Virus record (IMG/VR): IMGVR_UViG_3300030708_001134
Span: 1 to 28,397 of that record
Origin: a virus
Taxonomy: Duplodnaviria > Caudoviricetes
Length of the DNA: 28,397 nucleotides
Direction: 5' to 3' (one strand)
Shown here one piece after another: positions 7,767-17,565 of this stretch. Position numbers and translations under genes: made by a program. A model generated the notes under the pieces. The model did not search any database and had not been told where the DNA came from. It saw nothing but the letters and a program-made list of their open reading frames with translations. Position 1 is the stretch's first letter; the number at the start of each line of letters is the position of its first letter.

Positions 7767-10225
7767 CCACTTCATTCCAATCATTTAACCGAGGTGGTCA
7801 GTTCCAAGCGAGCCAGGTCGACCTCGGTTCCCAACAACAACAGCAAGTCAATCAACAACTTGTACAAGATTTAGAACGTAACTCAGAAGCTCAACGTCAA
7901 CGTGACCTACAGGCTGCCCGTGAAACCGAACAAGCTGCAGAGGGTTTAGCTCAGTTCTCTAACTCACTGTCTTCGATTCTTGTCGAACGACAAAAGAAAG
8001 AAAACGAAAAACAGATGCTCGAAGGTATGCGCGACTACTGGTTTAACGGTGCTACTGAAGAGGAGCAAACTCAGTTCCGTGCTGACGAGCAAGCCCTAGG
8101 TGAAGCCCGCTCTGCTGCTGACAAAGCGGCTGGTGACTTCGAGCAAGGCGGTGGTGATGTCTTTGTAGCAGAACGTCTTCGCGACCTGTCTGGCTGGAAG
8201 GCATACGGCTTTGCTAAGGCAATGCTAAATCAAGCTGGTGCTAGTTACGGCACGTACTACACACAGCGGTCACAAGAGCTGGGTCTGAATGAGACCTCTG
8301 ATCCGCGTCAACGTGCTGCAATCGAGCAGCAGATTCGTGAAGACTACATGATGCAGTACGCGGAGATGAATCCGCTGCTGTTGCATGAGCACTTGTTTCC
8401 GTCTATGCGGAAGTTTGAACAGGCGGAACAGCTTGCTTATGCAAACCGACAAGCAAAGATATTTCAAAAGAACAGGGAGCTGGCACGTAAGCAGGATTTG
8501 TATTCAACCTTTGCATCTTCTGATCCTACTGAAACTGCCAATAACATTCTTGCCTGGGTAGATAACCACAAGGGTCAGTTTGGTGGTGACACTAAAGTAA
8601 CTTTTGCTGCCGCTACTGACCTTATACGAACTGGACTTTCTGACGGTTCTATTGACCCCAGTGCATTCCTTAATGCTTTAGATGCAAGCGTTACTAGACG
8701 TGATGGCAGTGTCATGACGTTGGGTGAGTTTAGGTCTAAAGACCTTGCTTTGCTTGAAGAGGCTGCACGATCTGCTTTGGGATCAAAACTTAACAGAGAT
8801 ATTGATTTCTTTAAGAATGAAGACCGTCTTGCTTACATAAACGCTCGCAACGAATGGAACGCTAGCGATAGATCTGAAGAAGCTCTTCAGGCTATCAAGG
8901 CTAAGTATCGTTTTAACGATCCGCAGTATCAAGCTACTATCGGCTCTTGGGTTTCCAACGAAGACTATGACGACTCGCTAATTGTTAGCGACATCGAACA
9001 ACGTCTTAATGCTGGATTGCCTGTGCCTCTTGACTTTGTAAATCGCATTAGCGATGCAGGAGTAAGAGAAGATATGATGGAAAAGGTGACTACTAATGAT
9101 AAAGTCACTCCTCCTGAAAGTATTTTAGAAGAGCATACTGCAGAAATTGAAGCTGCCGTCAAAGATACAACTAATATATTTGAATACGACAGTCTTCAAA
9201 ATATCTATGCAACTCAAAATGCTCTTGCTGAATACCGTGCAAGATACAAACAATATCGTGACAAAGGTGTAGGCGTAAACGAAGCGGCTGAACTTGCTGC
9301 CTCAGAAGTTGTCAAAATGATTCCTGAGCAGTTCAAAGATGGCGACGGTAAGTTTTTCCAACGTCCTGAGTTTAAGCGTCAGACTGCAAACATCACGATG
9401 TACAAAGATCTTGCCCAGCGTGCTGCTGATGGCAAGCTTGACTTCGATTCAAAGATCGAAGGTGTTGACGATCAAGTACGACAACTAAACGACGCATTAA
9501 AAGGTAAACGTGGCATCCCGGATTTCTGGCGTACCCTTGCTGACGATCACGGTGTTGACGTCTATAAGCTTATTGACACTCAACTCCGGGCTTACGGATA
9601 CGAGGGATTCAATGCGCCCAAAACATATTCAGACATCGAGCAATATCCTCGTAACACCCGACGTCTGATTCAATTCCATAAAACCGATTCACGTGAGCTG
9701 AGAGCTGCTGCTACTCAGGAAAATGCACGTTGGTTCTTGGATTCGATTGCTTCTGTTGAATCCCGTGGTCACGGTGAATACAACGCATTCAATCTTGGTG
9801 GTGCTAGCGGGGGTCACGTGCCTATCGGCAGCGGTGACAGTACTACTGATTTAGATAAACCAATTACGTCTATGACTATTGGCGAGATCAAACAGGCACA
9901 TGCCGAGAAATCTCTTCATGCTGTTGGGCGTTATCAGTTTATTGCTCCTACTTTTTTAGAAACGGCAAACCTTATTGGTCTTGACGATAACCAAGTCTTC
10001 GATGAAAAGACACAGGACTTGTTTGCTCTAACTAGAGCAGCAGTTCGTATTAGAGAAATGAACGGTGGTTCAGTAGCTGGCCTCTCTGCGGAGTGGATCG
10101 GGCTTGATAACCTGCCTGCCGGTCAAGTACAACAGATGGTTGCGTTTGCTAAGAGCCTGCCACCTTATAGACAATTACACATGTTGCTCCCAGGCGTTGC
10201 TAAGGCAACACTGAAACCGAACTAA
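7763..10225 (+). CDS. Internal virion protein C (gp15-like) with a C-terminal lysozyme-like domain
   Basis: 820 aa with a helical Gln-rich N-terminus. The C-terminal FLDSIASVES...YN...MTIGEIKQ...AVGRYQFIAPT...FDEKTQD resembles lambda-R/GH104-like muramidases. Confidence 0.82.
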   Translation: MTTSFQSFNRGGQFQASQVDLGSQQQQQVNQQLVQDLERNSEAQRQRDLQAARETEQAAEGLAQFSNSLSSILVERQKKENEKQMLEGMRDYWFNGATEEEQTQFRADEQALGEARSAADKAAGDFEQGGGDVFVAERLRDLSGWKAYGFAKAMLNQAGASYGTYYTQRSQELGLNETSDPRQRAAIEQQIREDYMMQYAEMNPLLLHEHLFPSMRKFEQAEQLAYANRQAKIFQKNRELARKQDLYSTFASSDPTETANNILAWVDNHKGQFGGDTKVTFAAATDLIRTGLSDGSIDPSAFLNALDASVTRRDGSVMTLGEFRSKDLALLEEAARSALGSKLNRDIDFFKNEDRLAYINARNEWNASDRSEEALQAIKAKYRFNDPQYQATIGSWVSNEDYDDSLIVSDIEQRLNAGLPVPLDFVNRISDAGVREDMMEKVTTNDKVTPPESILEEHTAEIEAAVKDTTNIFEYDSLQNIYATQNALAEYRARYKQYRDKGVGVNEAAELAASEVVKMIPEQFKDGDGKFFQRPEFKRQTANITMYKDLAQRAADGKLDFDSKIEGVDDQVRQLNDALKGKRGIPDFWRTLADDHGVDVYKLIDTQLRAYGYEGFNAPKTYSDIEQYPRNTRRLIQFHKTDSRELRAAATQENARWFLDSIASVESRGHGEYNAFNLGGASGGHVPIGSGDSTTDLDKPITSMTIGEIKQAHAEKSLHAVGRYQFIAPTFLETANLIGLDDNQVFDEKTQDLFALTRAAVRIREMNGGSVAGLSAEWIGLDNLPAGQVQQMVAFAKSLPPYRQLHMLLPGVAKATLKPN

Positions 10226-10227
10226 CT

Positions 10228-13200
10228 ATGGAAGAAATTACTAGCCCTAGTGAAGATAGGCTAGTCGATAAATACACAGACTCACTCGAAGAAGCTAACA
10301 AGTACAACGAATCTCTAGAGCAACCTGCCGTTACTGAACAACCTGAAGAGGTAGATAAGTTCAGCGACATTGGTGATGTTGCTCGTGAGATTAGTAATGC
10401 TGTTGTTGGCGGTCTACAGCAGACCGGTTCCGACATTGTGACTCTTCCTGAGCGTGCTATCGACATGGCTCGTGGCGAAGACGTTGGTGGCGAGGAATAT
10501 CGTCCTGACACTGACATCTTTGGTGCATTTGAAAACCCTATCGAGACTCGTACTTGGTGGGGTGGTGTCCTAAAGACACTTGTTAATTATGGTTCCCTTG
10601 CCTTTGTGCCTATTCCAGGCGCACGTGTTGGAAAGATTGCAAGCGCAACTACCAAGCTAGGCCAAATGGGTCGAGCTGCACTTGTAGGTGCAAAGGTTGA
10701 CTTGATTGCTTCTGGCTCACAAGACGATAACGCTTCTGGTGTTATTGCTACACACTTTCCACACCTGCGTACGCCTCTAGCAACTAAAGATACTGATCAC
10801 CCTGCAATGAAGACGCTTAAAAACGTCGTCGAAGGTATGGGTATTGGTGCTGTTGTTGACGGAGTTGCAATCGGCCTAAAAGGTCTAAAAGGTGCTGACG
10901 ACGTAGCTAAGAGATCTAAGAGTGTTGAAGAACAAACGGTTGCTAAAGGTATTGACGAAGTAGCAGAAACTCCTGCTGACTTCCGTGGTCATGCCAACAA
11001 ACCTGTAGCTGACCCACCGCAAGGATCACCGACGTCTAACGGTTCTGCCGGTGACGTCAACAAACAACTGTCTCGTACCCGCAATGAGCTGGGTGCAGAG
11101 ATGGGATCTACCGATTCACTGACTCGTCCTATCGAGCTGGACCGTATCGGTAAAGGCAACCCTGAGCTTGCTCCTGCAGAGGTCAAGCGAATTATGGAGG
11201 AGTTTGCTTCTACTGACTACGTCGTTAAAGAGGTTGCCAAAGCTAAAGAGATGGGTGTCCCACTCCATGAAGTTTGGGCTGACTCAACTGCCTCTATGAA
11301 AGAGATGTTTGAAGGTCGTCTTCGTACTGACCTGACGTCTCGTGAGTGGGCAGATGACTTCTACAAGCAAGGCATCAAACGTAAAGTCAAGCTTGAGGAT
11401 GGTTCCCTCCAAGAAATCGAGATCATGGATCCCAACATGATCCCTGCTGCTGACCTGCTTAAAGGTTCGCTGCTAAAAGAGATCCGTGACCTTGGTGTTG
11501 CTGGCCGTGAGCTACAAGACCTTTACGACCTGGGCGACACAGATGGACCTGCTAAGGCTCTGTTTGACAAGTTTGCATCTCTTGTAGCCATTACTAAACA
11601 GTCTCGTTTCTTTGCTGGTTATGACCTAAACGCTATCAAAGGCGTCGACGGTATTCCTAAAAAGGCTGACTTCGAGAAAGCTGTCTACGAAGATGTACAG
11701 AATTCTATTGATGCATTCCGTACTGCCTTCCAAATGGCAGGTGAAAGCGGTGATAACGAGCTGTTCAAAGCATATATGGAAGTCGCTTCCTACCTGGAAG
11801 ACGTTACTAACCTAAACGATCTCGATAACTTCTTCCGCAAAAAATTGCGTGGAGGTGAGTTCAACGGTAAGAAAAAGACTGGTGAGCTTGTCAAAGAACT
11901 AGAAGGCGTGATGATTCACAGCGTGCTGAGCGGACCTAAGACTCCGGTCAGAGCAATCATGGGTACTGCCTCTGCTGCTTACCTGCGGCCTATGGCTACT
12001 GCTCTTGGTGCAACTTTTGCTGGTGACGTTGTTACTCGTAAGGCATCTCTGGCTGCTCTAAACGGCATGATCCAGATGATTCCTGAAGCTTTTAGTCTGT
12101 TCAAAACAAAGCTGAATGGTTACTTTAGTGGCGATATGGCGACGATCAAGTCGCGTTATGTCGAACGTACTAAAGCTGATCAGCAGTGGAAGATGTATGG
12201 TGACTGGGCTGAGAAACGCGGTACTGACGCTGATAAGGCTGTATTCCGTTTTGCCAACATGGCGCGGAACATGAACGACAGCAACCTGCTGACATATTCG
12301 ACAAAGATTATGGCAGCTACTGATGATGTGTTTGGTCACATCCTTGCACGTGGCAAGATGCGTGAGCGTGCTATGCGTGAAGCTCTTGAGCAGGCAAGTA
12401 AAGGTGACATCACAGAAATCACTCCTGCAATCCTGAAGAAAGCAGAGGATAAGTTCTCTTCTCAGATCTTAGATGAAGAAGGCAACATCATTGATGACGC
12501 CGTTAAGTTTGCTAAACGTGAAGCAACTTTGACGCAGGACCTGGAGGGTTTCTCCAAAGGTCTGGAGACATTGTTTAACCAGAACCCCTGGGCTAAACCG
12601 TTCTTTCTGTTTGCACGTACCGGTGTCAACGGTCTGCAACTGACTGCTAAGTACACCCCTGGTTTTAACTTCCTTGTCAAAGAGTTTAACGACATTGCTC
12701 GTGCAACTGTCAAAGAAGTCGAAGCTGGTAACCTGACTAAGTACGGCATCAGCACCTTTGAAGAGCTGCAAAATGCTAAGGCACTGCAAAGCGGTCGTCT
12801 TGCTATCGGCTCTGCAGTTATCACTTTGGCATCCATGATGTGGATGTCAGGAAACATGACTGGTGATGGTCCTACTGATCGACAAATGCGTCAGTCATGG
12901 ATTGATGCTGGCTGGAAGCCTCGTACCTTTACCCTTGGTGGAGTTGAGATTGGCTACGAAGCCTTTGAACCCTTTAACCAAATTATGTCGACTGTCTCCA
13001 ACATTGGAGATCACAGCCTGTTGATGGGTGATGAATGGACAGAGGATCAACTTCTGAAGGTTGCAATGGTTGTTGGACAGAGTGCTGCAAGTAAGAGCTA
13101 TCTTACTGGTCTGCAGCAGTTTGTTGACCTTTTCTCTGGTCAGCCTGGACAACACAACAGAATCATCGCAAGTCTGATGAACAACACGCTGCCTATGTCT

Positions 13201-13857
13201 TCCATGCGAAATGAGATCGGCAAGTTGTTTACTCCTTATATGCGTGAGCTGAATACTGGTATTGTTGACTCTATTCGTAATCGTAACTTGATCTCAGAAA
13301 AACTCAGCGATGAGCCGCTGCCGATCAAATACGACATGCTGAATGGTCAGCCTATTAAAGACTACAACTTTATTACAAGAGCTTGGAATATGTTCTCCCC
13401 TGTCCAGTTTAACTTGGATCAGGGTCCTGGTCGTAAGCTACTGTTCCGCAGTAACTACGACACACGTCTTTCTGTTTACTACGCCCCTGACAACACTGAT
13501 CTTTCCAAACTACCTGGAGTTCGCTCTAAGTTTATGAAAGCTATTGGTGATCAAAATCTTGAGGCTGAACTAAATCGTCTTGCTACTGATCCTCGGATTC
13601 AAGCTAGCATTAGAAAGATGGAAAAAGACCGCAACAGCGGCAACCGTGACTATGAGCCTATGAAGGCTTACTACCACACCAAAGTGATTCGCAAGCTGTT
13701 TGACACCGCCCGCAAACGAGCCTGGGCGTTGATTAGTAATGAGCCTGATGTACGGGCTGCTATTAACGAATCGCGTCAAGATCGTATTGAAAACAGACTT
13801 AGCCAAAAAGAAACTACTTACGGACCAATCGATCCAGTCCTTAACATTGCTAAGTAA
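10228..13857 (+). CDS. Internal virion protein D (gp16-like)
   Basis: 1209 aa, largely helical, between gp15 and the tail fibre. Cyanopodovirus-like segments KPFFLFARTGVN and GWKPRT. Confidence 0.82.
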   Translation: MEEITSPSEDRLVDKYTDSLEEANKYNESLEQPAVTEQPEEVDKFSDIGDVAREISNAVVGGLQQTGSDIVTLPERAIDMARGEDVGGEEYRPDTDIFGAFENPIETRTWWGGVLKTLVNYGSLAFVPIPGARVGKIASATTKLGQMGRAALVGAKVDLIASGSQDDNASGVIATHFPHLRTPLATKDTDHPAMKTLKNVVEGMGIGAVVDGVAIGLKGLKGADDVAKRSKSVEEQTVAKGIDEVAETPADFRGHANKPVADPPQGSPTSNGSAGDVNKQLSRTRNELGAEMGSTDSLTRPIELDRIGKGNPELAPAEVKRIMEEFASTDYVVKEVAKAKEMGVPLHEVWADSTASMKEMFEGRLRTDLTSREWADDFYKQGIKRKVKLEDGSLQEIEIMDPNMIPAADLLKGSLLKEIRDLGVAGRELQDLYDLGDTDGPAKALFDKFASLVAITKQSRFFAGYDLNAIKGVDGIPKKADFEKAVYEDVQNSIDAFRTAFQMAGESGDNELFKAYMEVASYLEDVTNLNDLDNFFRKKLRGGEFNGKKKTGELVKELEGVMIHSVLSGPKTPVRAIMGTASAAYLRPMATALGATFAGDVVTRKASLAALNGMIQMIPEAFSLFKTKLNGYFSGDMATIKSRYVERTKADQQWKMYGDWAEKRGTDADKAVFRFANMARNMNDSNLLTYSTKIMAATDDVFGHILARGKMRERAMREALEQASKGDITEITPAILKKAEDKFSSQILDEEGNIIDDAVKFAKREATLTQDLEGFSKGLETLFNQNPWAKPFFLFARTGVNGLQLTAKYTPGFNFLVKEFNDIARATVKEVEAGNLTKYGISTFEELQNAKALQSGRLAIGSAVITLASMMWMSGNMTGDGPTDRQMRQSWIDAGWKPRTFTLGGVEIGYEAFEPFNQIMSTVSNIGDHSLLMGDEWTEDQLLKVAMVVGQSAASKSYLTGLQQFVDLFSGQPGQHNRIIASLMNNTLPMSSMRNEIGKLFTPYMRELNTGIVDSIRNRNLISEKLSDEPLPIKYDMLNGQPIKDYNFITRAWNMFSPVQFNLDQGPGRKLLFRSNYDTRLSVYYAPDNTDLSKLPGVRSKFMKAIGDQNLEAELNRLATDPRIQASIRKMEKDRNSGNRDYEPMKAYYHTKVIRKLFDTARKRAWALISNEPDVRAAINESRQDRIENRLSQKETTYGPIDPVLNIAK

Positions 13858-16800
13858 TGGCAACTACTCTTACAACTGAACACTTTTACACAGGAGACGG
13901 TTCCACTACCGACTTTACTGTTTCATTTACATACCTAAAAGATGCTGATGTCAAGGCAACACTTGACCACGTATCTACAACTGCATATACCCTTCCTAAT
14001 GCAGGTATCCTCCGGTTTAACACCGCACCTGCTTCTGGTGTTGCTATTCGTGTTTATCGTGATACTGACGTAGACGCTGCCCGCTTCGTACTTGCTGCGG
14101 GTTCGTCTGTTAAATCCAACGAACTAAACGAAAACTACGATCAGCTTTTGTTTGCTGATCAAGAAATGGTCGACGAGTTCGGCATTTCTAACGAAGCTGT
14201 TTCCGCAGCAAAGCTCCGTGATAATGCTGTAATCGAGCAAAAGATTCTTGATTCAGCGGTTACTACTAACAAGATTGCTGATAGTAATGTTACAACAGCT
14301 AAGATTGCTGATTCTAACGTTACTACTGCCAAGATTGCTGACTCTAACGTCACTACTGCTAAGATCGCTGATAGCAATGTAACCACAGCTAAAATTGCAG
14401 ACAGCAATGTAACCACAGCCAAGATTGCTGATCAAAATGTAACCACAGACAAGATTGCTGATAACGCAGTAACCTTGGTAAAGATGGCTGATAATTCTGT
14501 AGGTACTGCAGAAATTATTGATGCTAATGTTACTACTGCAAAGATTGCAGACTCAAACGTAACTACTGCTAAAATTGCAGACGGCAACGTTACTCATCCA
14601 AAGATCCAAGATAACGCTGTTATTGAGGTTAAAATTGCTGATGGCAACGTTACTGAACGTAAGCTTGATACTGATTCTGTATCTACGGCAAAGGTTGTAA
14701 ACGATGCAATTACTGAACCTAAGCTTGCAGCAAACTCCGTCACTAACCGTCAGATTGCTGATGGTTCTATTGACGGCGCAAAGCTGACTGACAACACTGT
14801 TGACGTTGACAAGATCAAAGGTCTTGACATTGTCACTACTGCTGAGCAAAACGCTGGTAGTCCTACGTGGACAGGTGTTGATGACGTACTTGCATCTATC
14901 GGTGCTATCGAACGTCGTCATGATGTTCTTTATCAAAACTCAACTCCTAGCGGTACTGACTGGGCTATTGGCAAACTGTGGTACGCCCATGGCAGTGACC
15001 AAACCTTGTCTGTCTGGAGTGGTAGCAACTGGATCGGTATCTCCTCAGGCGGTACGTTTATCAGCCAGCCGACTGTGATCTGGGTTGACCAGGCAAACGG
15101 TGATGATAACAACGATGGTCACCGGATCATTGACTCCATGAAGACCATCAAGGCTGCTGTGGCATCTGCTGATGCAGGCGACATTGTTCTTGTAGCTCCT
15201 GGTGTTTATCGAGAGGCAGCGCCTATTGATGTAACGGTCAACAACCTGTCGATCATTGGTCAGTCTCTTCGTAGCTGCTTTGTACACCCAACGCCTGCAA
15301 CTGAGGAAAGCGTTCTGTTCCGCGTCAACAGCGGTACTCAGATTGCCAACTTCTCTATGGCAGGTATGAAGGCTAGCGGTACACGTGGTGGTCACTCTGT
15401 TGATAACGACAGTACTTACGGTCTTCCGGCTAACCAGGGATGGGCTATCAGTTTCTATCCCAACTCAATCATCTACAAGAGCCCATACGTCCAGAACTGC
15501 ACAACGTTCATGGACAGTGGGATCTACAACCACACCCAAGCAGAATACAACGCCAACAACGCTCTTGGCGGTTTCTTTGACCCCAACAACGTCAACCAAG
15601 GTGGTTTTGGTGGTGACCGCACCTCCTCACCTACTGGCGGTGGTCTATTTATCAACGGTGACGACGTGTCTAGCAGTTCTCCGCTGCGGTCCATGGTTGT
15701 TGACTCATTCACTCAGATCAACCTGGATGGTCCTGGTGCTCTGGTGTGTAACAACGCCTATGCACAGTTTGTGTCGTTCTTTGGCACCTTCTGTCACTAT
15801 CACTGCAAGTCACTGAATGGTGGTCGTGTCAACCTCAGCAACTGCACGACTGACTACGGTCGGTATGGCTTGATTGCTGACGGTAAATCCACGTCTGCTC
15901 TGTACTCGACTGTCACTTCTCAGGCAGCATCAGCGGGTGATCTCTATGTAGACATCACTAAGGCGACTGCACCGTCGAGTTGGTTTGGATCAGGTGCTTT
16001 CAGCACTCGTCCTACCGACGACATGTTGATGCAGATTGGCAGTGACCTATATGCACTGACTGGATCTGACATCCTTAACAGCAGCGGTGTTGTCGATAAC
16101 ACTGAAACAAACCCGACTGGATACCGTGTCCATGTCATCCGTACTGCGTCTGCTAACCGTTCAACCAACCTTGGTCTGATCGGCAACGTTGCAAGCGGTG
16201 CAAGCGTCTCGTTTTTCTTCCGTTCATACATCAGCTCTGGTGGTCACACCTTCGAGTATGTGGGTGCTGGTACTGACTACGACGCAGCTCCTGAGAACGG
16301 TGGTCAGCCTGTAGAGTCAAACCGTACTGTTGAGCGTAATAACGGTGCCGTGTGGCAGTCCAGCACTGACCACAACGGTAAGTTCACCGTGGGTAACTTC
16401 ATGGTGGTTGACCAGAAATCTGGTCTTTGTGAGATCAATAACATTAACGGTCTTGCGTTCCCAACAACTGATGGATCTGCCAACAACGTCCTGTCTACTA
16501 ACGGATCAGGTACGCTGACTTGGCAGTCGATTAGCGCATTGGGTGGTTCAGGTATCAACAACCTGAATGAAGACACCTCACCGCAACTGGGTAACCATCT
16601 TGACGTGGTTACTTATGAGATCATGTCTTCTCAAACTAACCAAGACATCGTCCTTAATGCTGGTGGTATAGGCAACGTCGCTATTAAAGGCAACTCTAGT
16701 CGCGGCTCTGGCGCTATCAAGCTTAACTGTGAGCAAAATAGTCATGCTGTAAAAATCCAGGGACCACCTCACAGTGCAAACGCTACTTACACCCTGACAC

Positions 16801-17027
16801 TGCCTACGGCTCTGCCTTCTAGTGCTGGTCAAGCACTGACTAGCGACACGAATGGCAACCTTGGCTTTTCTGTTGTCCAATCTGATGCACTGATTACTCC
16901 TCAGACAATCTCTGCATCTAAAACTTACGACGCTAACTCCAACATCGGACTGATGGGTCCGGCTGTAACTGTAGGATCTAGCGCAACACTCACTGTTCCT
17001 TCTACTTCTGTTCTCACAATTATCTAA
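13857..17027 (+). CDS. Tail fibre protein (gp17-like anchor, decapeptide-repeat shaft, beta-helix-like domain)
   Basis: N-terminal YTGDGSTTDFTVSFTYL...IRVYRDT T7 gp17 anchor, KIADSNVTTA repeats, and a WVDQANGDDNNDG...TIKAAV...GDIVLVAPGVYRE pectin-lyase-like start. Confidence 0.9.
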   Translation: MATTLTTEHFYTGDGSTTDFTVSFTYLKDADVKATLDHVSTTAYTLPNAGILRFNTAPASGVAIRVYRDTDVDAARFVLAAGSSVKSNELNENYDQLLFADQEMVDEFGISNEAVSAAKLRDNAVIEQKILDSAVTTNKIADSNVTTAKIADSNVTTAKIADSNVTTAKIADSNVTTAKIADSNVTTAKIADQNVTTDKIADNAVTLVKMADNSVGTAEIIDANVTTAKIADSNVTTAKIADGNVTHPKIQDNAVIEVKIADGNVTERKLDTDSVSTAKVVNDAITEPKLAANSVTNRQIADGSIDGAKLTDNTVDVDKIKGLDIVTTAEQNAGSPTWTGVDDVLASIGAIERRHDVLYQNSTPSGTDWAIGKLWYAHGSDQTLSVWSGSNWIGISSGGTFISQPTVIWVDQANGDDNNDGHRIIDSMKTIKAAVASADAGDIVLVAPGVYREAAPIDVTVNNLSIIGQSLRSCFVHPTPATEESVLFRVNSGTQIANFSMAGMKASGTRGGHSVDNDSTYGLPANQGWAISFYPNSIIYKSPYVQNCTTFMDSGIYNHTQAEYNANNALGGFFDPNNVNQGGFGGDRTSSPTGGGLFINGDDVSSSSPLRSMVVDSFTQINLDGPGALVCNNAYAQFVSFFGTFCHYHCKSLNGGRVNLSNCTTDYGRYGLIADGKSTSALYSTVTSQAASAGDLYVDITKATAPSSWFGSGAFSTRPTDDMLMQIGSDLYALTGSDILNSSGVVDNTETNPTGYRVHVIRTASANRSTNLGLIGNVASGASVSFFFRSYISSGGHTFEYVGAGTDYDAAPENGGQPVESNRTVERNNGAVWQSSTDHNGKFTVGNFMVVDQKSGLCEINNINGLAFPTTDGSANNVLSTNGSGTLTWQSISALGGSGINNLNEDTSPQLGNHLDVVTYEIMSSQTNQDIVLNAGGIGNVAIKGNSSRGSGAIKLNCEQNSHAVKIQGPPHSANATYTLTLPTALPSSAGQALTSDTNGNLGFSVVQSDALITPQTISASKTYDANSNIGLMGPAVTVGSSATLTVPSTSVLTII
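14181..14810 (+). repeat. 30-bp / 10-aa tandem repeat (about 21 units, consensus KIADxxVTxx) in the tail fibre
   Basis: Units recur every 30 nt. Five consecutive units (14271-14420) encode the identical KIADSNVTTA. Confidence 0.92.
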
Positions 17028-17029
17028 TC

Positions 17030-17560
17030 ATGGCACACGGAAAAATCCGCGTAAATACGCTTACTTATGACACTGGCAGTGGTGATGTGGATGTCGCTGT
17101 TAGCAACATTGCTACTGGCACTGTTCCTACTAACTCAGATATTGATGCACGTATCACTGCAGCTACTGGTGTTTCTGTCCAGGCATACGATGTCAACAAC
17201 GCTGTTAAAGACACTGCTCAACTTTTTACCGCTGCACAACGTGGGCAAATAGTTACAGCTACTGGAACTTCTTTTACTCTTGACCTGAACGCAGCAAACA
17301 ATTTTCAAATCTCACCTAGCGGAACATATACGGTTGCCTTTAGCAACCTTGCCACAGCAGCAGTGGGTCAGACTGGTTCAATTTTTATCACACCGTCTGC
17401 AGCAGCTGCTAGCGGTTCTTTCCCAACAACTATGAAGTTTGTCGGTGGTGCAGCAGGCATTGCTTTGACTGGAACAAGCGGTTCTATTGATCGTATTGAT
17501 TACATTGTCATGGATAACACCACTGTTACCTGCAACTTCACTGCAAACTACGTTCAGTAA
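17030..17560 (+). CDS. Small tail fibre-associated structural protein
   Basis: 176 aa, Thr/Ala/Gly-rich, with FTAAQRG, LDLNAANNF, GQTGSIFI and IDRIDY segments typical of marine phage fibre modules. Lies between two fibre genes. Confidence 0.65.
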   Translation: MAHGKIRVNTLTYDTGSGDVDVAVSNIATGTVPTNSDIDARITAATGVSVQAYDVNNAVKDTAQLFTAAQRGQIVTATGTSFTLDLNAANNFQISPSGTYTVAFSNLATAAVGQTGSIFITPSAAAASGSFPTTMKFVGGAAGIALTGTSGSIDRIDYIVMDNTTVTCNFTANYVQ

Positions 17561-17565
17561 TTTAT

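Noticed and set aside
14271-14600. 30-bp periodic repeats as a CRISPR array or DGR repeat
   Set aside because: There are no spacers, variation is mostly synonymous within a coding repeat, and no cas or reverse transcriptase gene is present.
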